A stretch of DNA of 64,000 nt, from contig OY762721.1 in NCBI GenBank assembly GCA_963666345.1, positions 160,001 to 224,000 on the forward strand. Reading direction: 5' to 3'. A program made the position numbers and the translations under genes. Source of the stretch: Desulfatiglandales bacterium. GTDB lineage: Bacteria > Desulfobacterota > DSM-4660 > Desulfatiglandales > Desulfatiglandaceae. Positions 8,318 through 15,410 of the stretch are shown here, piece after piece. Under the pieces are notes generated by a model, which saw nothing but the letters and a program-made list of their open reading frames with translations, did no database searches and was not told the origin of the DNA. How positions within the stretch are numbered: position 1 is the stretch's first letter; the number at the start of each line of letters is the position of its first letter.

Positions 8318-11300
8318 ATGAAAGGTAAATTCCATTTAACAGCCGCGCTGCTTATCCTGCTTTTTTTCATCCCCTTATGTGTTCTGGGATACCTGTTTTT
8401 CAGGGTCACAGACGATGCTTCAAACAGGATTGAAAGGGGTGTCATAGAACGGATCATAGCCGCTGAAAGCCCGGTCTTCTACGACGACGGCAAAACCCCC
8501 ATAGGTGTGTTTTTTGAAAAAACCCACAGGAGCTACATAAAATATGAAGACATTCCCAAGACATTCGTAAAGGCTATCGTAGCCTCGGAGGATAGGGCTT
8601 TTTTCAGGCACTGTGGTTTTGATATCAAGGCCATATTACGGGCCTTTCTTGCAAACCTCGGTTCAGGAAAGGTCGTTCAGGGGGGAAGCACCATAACCCA
8701 GCAAACCGCAAAAAACGTATTTAGGCGAGAAAAGAGGTCTTACAAGGCCAAATTCAAGGAACTTATCCAGGCCTTTTTGCTTGAGCGAAGATATTCAAAG
8801 GAGGAAATCCTTGAGATGTATGCAAATCAATTCTTTGTAACAGGATACGGCAAGGGATTAGGTATTGCATCACAATATTTTTTTGCCAAAGACGCCCGGG
8901 ATCTGGACTTGGTAGAGGCTGCATTCATAGCAGGCTCATTAAAGGGGCCGAATCGTTACAATCCCTTTATAAAAACAGGGGAAAAAGAAAAACAGAGGGC
9001 ACTGAAACTTGCTAAAGAGAGAAAAGATTATGTCCTTTCAAATATGTTAAGAGAAAATTTCATAACAAGAAGTGAATACCTGGAGGCAAAGTCAAAAGAG
9101 GTTCCATTTAAGGAGGGAAAGATAACCTACCGCCTAAGGGTAGTGATGGACTACATTCGTCGACAGCTGGAATCCGACTACTTCAAGGAGATTCTGCTTG
9201 AACAGGGTGTAGACAATATAGCAACTTCCGGCATAGGGATTTTCACCTCAATAAACAAGCAAATCCAGGACCAGGCACTCCGAAGCCTCAGACAGTGGCT
9301 GCCGAGGCTTGATGTGCAGCTAAGAGGGTATGGGAGCATAAATGACGACATGATACCGGAGGTAGGAGCGAAAGGCCTACCCGGAAAATTGACTGACGGA
9401 CTTCCTTTTTTCGCGCGTATAACCCATATCGCTCAAAACTCGGAGGCAGGCTCCCTTGTCGTGGCATGGAATGGGGGTGGAGGAATAATAGGATATGAGG
9501 GGATGAAGGATATGGGTGAGGCCTGGATAAAATGGAAAAGGGGAAGCTGGTCCAGATTTCAAAAAGCGGATGTCCCCTCTTTTTTGAAGATCTTTTGCGT
9601 GGGGGAACTGATTCCGGTCAGAGTGTTTGAAGAATCTCAGGGAAAACCGGCAAAAGGACTTTGCCTCGCGAGCGTCCCTCAATTGGAAGGAGGTCTGATA
9701 GTTCTTCAAAAGGGCATGGTCAGTGCCATGGTGGGTGGATTTTACGACCGTTTTTTCAACAGGTCCGTAGATGCCAGAAGGCAGCTTGGTTCCATCTTCA
9801 AGCCCTTTGTCCTGAGCGCCGCCCTGAATCTAAAATGGAACAGTCTGGACCCGCTTGAAAACATTACGACATTTTACGACTTTGAAAACACCGATTATAT
9901 TCCGCGACCCGATCACAGACCGGAAAGCGACAAGGTGTCTCTTGCATGGGCGGGAGTTAAATCAGAGAATCTTGCTGCAGTTTGGTTGCTTTACCACCTC
10001 ACCGATAATCTGACTCTTGGCGAATTCAGGAAAATTGTTGAGATTACCGGATTTTCAAGGAGGGAGAACGAAGACTACAGCGCCTATGAAAAACGACTGA
10101 GAGACGGATTCGGTATCCTTGCCGGAAGTGAAACGCTGAGAGAGGCGGCCTTTGAAGAATCGAAAAAGGAATTGGGATCGGACATCATCTTCGGCGATTT
10201 TGGCGATGCCGATGTTACAGGCGAGGTAATAAAGAAAACAAACAGGCTCTATTATAATCTGAATCTTGAGGATCTGGATATTGAGGAATCTGAGGTCGCT
10301 CAACTTGAAAGATACGATTTTTCGAGGCTTATCGAAAAGGCTTTTAAAATCAAAGACCTTTTAGGCAAAATTGAAGCGTCTTATTCAACAAAAGTCCTGT
10401 CTGAAACAGGAAGGCGTACGCTGATAAACGTCGCTTCAAGACTTTTTTTTGATCTGGAGCACCAGGGCAGAATTATATATTCGGAAAATCCGAAGTCGAT
10501 CAGCCCTTCCCTTCTGGCTGCCCTTAAACCTGATGACCTGCTGGATAAAGTGGCGTTTTTGAGCGCAAAAGACATCTGGGTCGAAGGCGTCATGCCATGC
10601 CGGGCACTGGAGCTTCTTGCTTCATACACTGAAAACGGATACAAGAGGCTGGCTTCCAAAAGGCCATATGAACTGGAGACATTATCCAAGATGCGCGATT
10701 TCAGGACCCTGATAAATATCTCATATGTGGTTTATCTTGCAAAAGAACTGGGCATTATGACTCAGCTTGATCCGGTGCTTTCACTTCCGCTGGGACCCAC
10801 TTCCATAAGTATAATGGAAGCCGCACTTGCTTACAACAGCATCATGACCGGCAATGCCGTAACCCCGCTGGCAGATGGCGGAGTTGAAATGATTCCTCTT
10901 ATCACAAAAATCACTGACAGACAGGGAGAGGTGATATGGAAATACTCCCCTAGACAGAAAAAGGTCCTCTCAGACAGGGTCCGTTCTCTAATGGTCGATA
11001 TACTCAGGAAGGTCGTCAAGGTCGGAACAGGAAAAAAGGCTGAAGAGGCTGTAAGGGTGATGCTGAACATGGAAGGGAAAGATATCGGAGTACCGGTTCC
11101 TTCTTATGGAAAAACCGGTACTGCCAACCGGTTTACCAATTCCAGTTATGTGGGTTTCATTCCCGGCATTAACACGGAATCAGGAGAAATGGACCTTAAT
11201 TCAGGTTATGTGATCGCAGGATATGTGGGATATGACGATAACAGACCGATGAAGTCTGATAAATTCTCCATATATGGTTCATCAGGTGCCCTTCCCCTCT

Positions 11301-11560
11301 GGATTGACACGGCAAATGCAGTAGTTAACACCGATAAATATAAAGAGAACTTTCAGCCTGCCGAGCTTATATTTGAAGATACTGGAAAAGGTTTTTACCA
11401 GGGGATGATCCCGGTAAAGGTTTCCCCCGCCTCCGGTCTTCCCGCACCTGAAGAAAAAAGGACCGATTCCACTGCTGAAATAATTACCGAGGCGCAGTTT
11501 AAGGATGAAAGGCTCATACTTAAAAGGCATTTTGAGCCTGTAACAGGAGGAACGAATTGA
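8318..11560 (+). CDS. Class A penicillin-binding protein (transglycosylase + transpeptidase) with large insertion
   Basis: N-terminal TM helix. GT51 motifs EDRAFFRH and QGGSTITQQTAKN. Transpeptidase SIFK, SEN and KTG motifs. 1080 aa. Confidence 0.9.
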   Translation: MKGKFHLTAALLILLFFIPLCVLGYLFFRVTDDASNRIERGVIERIIAAESPVFYDDGKTPIGVFFEKTHRSYIKYEDIPKTFVKAIVASEDRAFFRHCGFDIKAILRAFLANLGSGKVVQGGSTITQQTAKNVFRREKRSYKAKFKELIQAFLLERRYSKEEILEMYANQFFVTGYGKGLGIASQYFFAKDARDLDLVEAAFIAGSLKGPNRYNPFIKTGEKEKQRALKLAKERKDYVLSNMLRENFITRSEYLEAKSKEVPFKEGKITYRLRVVMDYIRRQLESDYFKEILLEQGVDNIATSGIGIFTSINKQIQDQALRSLRQWLPRLDVQLRGYGSINDDMIPEVGAKGLPGKLTDGLPFFARITHIAQNSEAGSLVVAWNGGGGIIGYEGMKDMGEAWIKWKRGSWSRFQKADVPSFLKIFCVGELIPVRVFEESQGKPAKGLCLASVPQLEGGLIVLQKGMVSAMVGGFYDRFFNRSVDARRQLGSIFKPFVLSAALNLKWNSLDPLENITTFYDFENTDYIPRPDHRPESDKVSLAWAGVKSENLAAVWLLYHLTDNLTLGEFRKIVEITGFSRRENEDYSAYEKRLRDGFGILAGSETLREAAFEESKKELGSDIIFGDFGDADVTGEVIKKTNRLYYNLNLEDLDIEESEVAQLERYDFSRLIEKAFKIKDLLGKIEASYSTKVLSETGRRTLINVASRLFFDLEHQGRIIYSENPKSISPSLLAALKPDDLLDKVAFLSAKDIWVEGVMPCRALELLASYTENGYKRLASKRPYELETLSKMRDFRTLINISYVVYLAKELGIMTQLDPVLSLPLGPTSISIMEAALAYNSIMTGNAVTPLADGGVEMIPLITKITDRQGEVIWKYSPRQKKVLSDRVRSLMVDILRKVVKVGTGKKAEEAVRVMLNMEGKDIGVPVPSYGKTGTANRFTNSSYVGFIPGINTESGEMDLNSGYVIAGYVGYDDNRPMKSDKFSIYGSSGALPLWIDTANAVVNTDKYKENFQPAELIFEDTGKGFYQGMIPVKVSPASGLPAPEEKRTDSTAEIITEAQFKDERLILKRHFEPVTGGTN

Positions 11561-12882
11561 AAAAGGAAATACTTTTATCCATCTTCTTTCTTGTCTTCAT
11601 TTTGGAGGGATGCCTGCCGGCGACACAGAGGGGTGCTACAGAGGGATCTACTTACTACTACGGTTCTTCGGATGCGGGCACCCTGAAGATCATAAAAGAA
11701 AGGGTCTCATACCTTGAGAACCACCTCAAAGAGGAAGACGTTCCAAAAAACAACAGGGCGGTATCAGAGGGGTTACTCGACATCTACAGGGATATTTCTT
11801 TTGAGATGTCAAGGCCTTATTATGAGAGAAACTACAAGATATTTTCAGATAACATCATAAAGGGGGTAATTGGTCTTGACAGGGCCTATTTTTTGACTGC
11901 GGAAAAGTCCTCTGTCGGAACAACAGGTTCTGCGGGCATGTTTGGAAAGGAAAGGAAGGAAATACTCTCCCTGTACCGCGAAAAAAAATATGAAGACCTC
12001 ATAGAAAGGTACAAGGAACTTGAATCATTACATGGAGCTGATTTATTTGACCCGCATATGGCCCTTGCCTTTAACCTTTCCCTGGGAAAGCTCAGGAGGT
12101 TTTCAGAGGCGGTCTCTTTTGGAAGCCGCCTTTTTTCAAAGATTCAAGGTAATCCGGAACCAATCGAACTCACCACCCAAATGGCAGGCTGGCAGTTGCA
12201 GCTTGGCAATATCAAAGAGGCAAGGGAACTACTTGTTGAGCTGGAAAAAGGCCATGAAAAAAGATCCGTCTCCATTGAAAGGCTTAAAGAAAATATCAGA
12301 ATCTCCGGCATAAAAACGCCCGTCTCCTCTCCTCCCGGACCTCTAAAGGATACCCAATTTGAAAAGGCAGAAAAACTTATTGAAGAAAAGATGTTTTCAG
12401 AGGCCAGAGAACTTCTTCTGAAAATGGCGGACAAATCCGATTCTCCGCCGGAAAGGACCTTTGCTGTAAAATCTCTTCTGATAAATCTTGAAAAGGCTGA
12501 GGAGGAATATCTGGAAAAGCAGATATCCTTGATCTCCATGAAAAAAGGCTCCCTTGATATAGCCATAAATCTGATAGAAAAGGAGCGTTATCAGGAGGTC
12601 CTCACCGGGCTCAAAGGCCTTGATGAAGAAGATATGAGTCTGGAGTTAAAGGCGATAAAAAGAAAGGCCGTAGACGGGCTTGTAAGAAAACAGAGCAACA
12701 GGGCTGCAAAGATCTTTCTAATGGCTGAGAACGAAAAAGATCTTGAAAAGAAAAAGCGATACCTTGAACAATCATATGAAATACTTCTCAACCTGGCAAA
12801 AAGTCACCCGTCCTCGACATTAATAGACAGGGTGAAATCGTATGCCGAAAGGGTAAAAAAAGAACTTTCGCGATTCAACTGA
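11557..12882 (+). CDS. Putative lipoprotein, helical/TPR-like
   Basis: MKK, hydrophobic core and lipobox LEG-C19. Charged amphipathic helices. TTG start overlaps the PBP stop (TTGA), AGGAGG RBS. Confidence 0.7.
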   Translation: MKKEILLSIFFLVFILEGCLPATQRGATEGSTYYYGSSDAGTLKIIKERVSYLENHLKEEDVPKNNRAVSEGLLDIYRDISFEMSRPYYERNYKIFSDNIIKGVIGLDRAYFLTAEKSSVGTTGSAGMFGKERKEILSLYREKKYEDLIERYKELESLHGADLFDPHMALAFNLSLGKLRRFSEAVSFGSRLFSKIQGNPEPIELTTQMAGWQLQLGNIKEARELLVELEKGHEKRSVSIERLKENIRISGIKTPVSSPPGPLKDTQFEKAEKLIEEKMFSEARELLLKMADKSDSPPERTFAVKSLLINLEKAEEEYLEKQISLISMKKGSLDIAINLIEKERYQEVLTGLKGLDEEDMSLELKAIKRKAVDGLVRKQSNRAAKIFLMAENEKDLEKKKRYLEQSYEILLNLAKSHPSSTLIDRVKSYAERVKKELSRFN

Positions 12883-12910
12883 GAACGCTTACAGACAAAT
12901 AGAGGATAAT

Positions 12911-13831
12911 ATGATAGAGACAAACATACCGGTTTCCTGCGCTGAGGTCGTCGGGCTCGGCCAGGCCTGTGTCGACTATCTGGGAGATCTCCCTTTCTAT
13001 CCTTTGGAAGACAGCAAGGCCGAGCTGCGGAGCCTCGTTATCCAGTGCGGTGGTCCGGCCTCAACCGCATTGATAACCCTGGCCAGTTTCGGGATCAAGA
13101 CCTCTTTTATAGGCTCTATTTCCGATGATTTTTCAGGCTGTAAAATCAAAGAGAACCTTTTAAAAAAAGGGGTTGACATCTCATGTCTCAAAATCACCCC
13201 CGGCTTCACCTCTCAACTCGCATTCATAACCGTTTCAGCAGGTTCAGGGAAAAGGACCGTCTTCTGGCACAGGGGAACCGTTCCTCATTTGAAAGCTACA
13301 GACGTGGATATCTCCCATTTTGGATCGGCAAAGATACTCCACTTGGACGGCCTTATGGAAGAGGCCTCGATCAAGGCCGCGGAACAGGCTAAGGATATGG
13401 GTATCCATATTGTTCTTGATGCAGGTACTCTAAGAGAGCAATCCATAAAGCTGGTGTCCCTCTCAGATACGGTTATAGTATCGGAAGGATTTGTATCATC
13501 AATTTCAACGCCCGGGGCTTGCCATAAAGACTCGCTTGAATATCTCAGGTCCCTCGGTCCTGAAACCGCCGTAATAACCCTGGGCGAAAATGGAAGCATC
13601 GGGCTCGATAAACAAGGTTCTGTAAGTCAGAAGGCATTTGATGTAAAGGTAATCGATACCACGGGGGCCGGTGATGTCTATCATGGGGCCTATATATACG
13701 CCATGCTCAACTCATGGGGCATGGCCCGATGCATGCACTTTGCCTCTGCCGCCGCCGCCTTAAAGTGCAGAAGCCCCGGAGCCCAGCAAGGCATACCAAC
13801 CCTTGAGGAAATAGCGCAGATAGTCGGATAA
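12911..13831 (+). CDS. PfkB/ribokinase family carbohydrate kinase
   Basis: GGPA, ITLGENG and DTTGAGD signature. Confidence 0.9.
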   Translation: MIETNIPVSCAEVVGLGQACVDYLGDLPFYPLEDSKAELRSLVIQCGGPASTALITLASFGIKTSFIGSISDDFSGCKIKENLLKKGVDISCLKITPGFTSQLAFITVSAGSGKRTVFWHRGTVPHLKATDVDISHFGSAKILHLDGLMEEASIKAAEQAKDMGIHIVLDAGTLREQSIKLVSLSDTVIVSEGFVSSISTPGACHKDSLEYLRSLGPETAVITLGENGSIGLDKQGSVSQKAFDVKVIDTTGAGDVYHGAYIYAMLNSWGMARCMHFASAAAALKCRSPGAQQGIPTLEEIAQIVG

Positions 13832-13873
13832 TAGTGACAATGACGTTTCTGGGAGGATCTACTGATTAAAGAC

Positions 13874-14695
13874 ATGGAAACTTTTAACCGAATGAAGGGA
13901 TCAAAAATACTGATAAAGGGTGCAGGTGAAAAGGCAAGCGCGGTTGCTCACAGGCTTTACCTTTGCGGATTTAAAAAGATAGTCATGACTGAACGGCGGT
14001 ATCCTCTTGCCGAGAGGAGGCATGTGTGTTTCTGTGAGGCCCTTTTTGACAAAAACAAAGAGGTCATGGGTGTGTCAGCAAGGAAAACGGACCCGAGCCT
14101 GGAGGATATTAAAAAGGCTTGGTCATCCGGCATGATTGCTATTGCAAAAGATCCGAATTTGAGCATATTAAGCGAACTCAGGCCTAATGTCTTTATCGAT
14201 GCGGTCATGTCAAAAAGAAATACCGGAACAGGAAAGGATCTGGCACCATGCGTTATCTCCCTCGGCCCCGGGTTCAATGCGGGCGTTGACGCACACTATG
14301 TAATAGAAACAAATCCGCTAAGCAATTTCCTGGGCGGAGTAATAACAGAGGGGAAAGCAGAAAAAGACACGGGAATACCGCCTTCCGTATCAGGTCTTGA
14401 CCAGGAACGAATCATAAGGTCGCCTTCAGAGGGAATTTTGAGGTCTCATAAAAAAATAGGTAATTCGGTCGAAAAGGGAGAAGATATAGGTTCTGTTGGA
14501 GGGGGTATACTGAAATCCCCGACTAAAGGAGTTATATGGGGGCTGGTAAGAGACGGTGTAAGGGTGAAAAAGGATCAGAAGATTGGAGATATCGATCCCA
14601 GGGGAGATGAAAGGTCGTGCCATGAGATCACTCCTCATTCAAGATCTATTGCCGGCGGGGTAATAGAAGCGGTATTGAGATTTCATCTCTGCTAA
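13874..14695 (+). CDS. yqeB: Selenium-dependent molybdenum hydroxylase system protein, YqeB family
   Basis: IKGAGEKASAVAHRL, DAVMSKRN.G, LGPGF.AG.D...VIET, KIGDIDPRG and IAGGVIEA, matching YqeB. Confidence 0.85.
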   Translation: METFNRMKGSKILIKGAGEKASAVAHRLYLCGFKKIVMTERRYPLAERRHVCFCEALFDKNKEVMGVSARKTDPSLEDIKKAWSSGMIAIAKDPNLSILSELRPNVFIDAVMSKRNTGTGKDLAPCVISLGPGFNAGVDAHYVIETNPLSNFLGGVITEGKAEKDTGIPPSVSGLDQERIIRSPSEGILRSHKKIGNSVEKGEDIGSVGGGILKSPTKGVIWGLVRDGVRVKKDQKIGDIDPRGDERSCHEITPHSRSIAGGVIEAVLRFHLC

Positions 14696-14850
14696 TCCCA
14701 AAAACAATCGTGGCCTTTATTCCTATATAAAGGAAGGGGGGATCAATTGTATAAAAGTGCTGATACTGTCTAAATAGACATACCCGATATCTTACCTAGG
14801 AAGGCCGCCCGCTGCCATAAATTATACAATAATGATCTGTCTGTTTTTTT

Positions 14851-15042
14851 CTATATATCGCTTTCAAGTATAATCTTGTGCTCAAGCAGGGAAAATTTCT
14901 TTATTCTCCCTCTTAAATGCCTTTCCTCTCCAAAGAGGTCAACCATTTTCACTTCCCCCCTTTCTTCTTCAATGTAGTCAACATCTTCGAACAAAAGCTC
15001 TTCTCTACCCTCATTTTCAATATAAACCGATGACTGGCACAT
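14851..15042 (-). CDS. cooT: CooT family nickel-binding protein
   Basis: 63 aa with Cys2 (MCQSSVY), EDV, DLFGE and C-terminal HKI. AGGAG RBS. Confidence 0.85.
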   Translation of the reverse strand: MCQSSVYIENEGREELLFEDVDYIEEERGEVKMVDLFGEERHLRGRIKKFSLLEHKIILESDI

Positions 15043-15099
15043 AAAAAACTCCTAATGTTGTTTTTTGTCATTCAAGATAATATCAAAAAGGCTCATACC

Positions 15100-15270
15100 A
15101 AAAAAACCACGGACACACGGATTTTAATCGTGCCTTCGTGGCGTAAAATTACCCCTAGAACTGATAAGACCTGATAAACCTGCTGGACGGAATCTTACAC
15201 GCAGGGGCTCCATCACTAAAGCTTATGGGTCAAGGTAATTCATGAAAAAGGACTTCATGTCCCGATTTCA
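15100..15270 (-). ncRNA. Candidate structured small RNA / 5' leader upstream of cooT (family unknown)
   Basis: Three consecutive hairpins (15242-15271, 15147-15240, 15107-15141) followed by U7, downstream of TTGACA-N18-TAAAAT (15304-15275). Confidence 0.45.
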
Positions 15271-15410
15271 TAAAATTTTATCCGCCCTCTCACTTGTCTG
15301 TCAAGCCGTTTTTGAGTTCACCGGCTATTGGCAATATTTATTCAATCTGGTAAACTTGATATAATAAAATATTATGCATAATGCTCAACTCCTTTTACCG
15401 AGGTCAAGAA

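Noticed and set aside
10000..10700. Intein as the explanation for the PBP insertion
   Set aside because: No Cys/Ser-start block A, no His-Asn/Cys-Ser-Thr junction and no LAGLIDADG motif seen.
15147..15240. SRP RNA, 6S RNA or NiCo riboswitch identity for the long hairpin
   Set aside because: It lacks the SRP CAGG...GGAA...AGCAG domain IV and the NiCo CUGAGCAGG/GGGACAG core. The rod is too short for 6S. Kept as unknown RNA.
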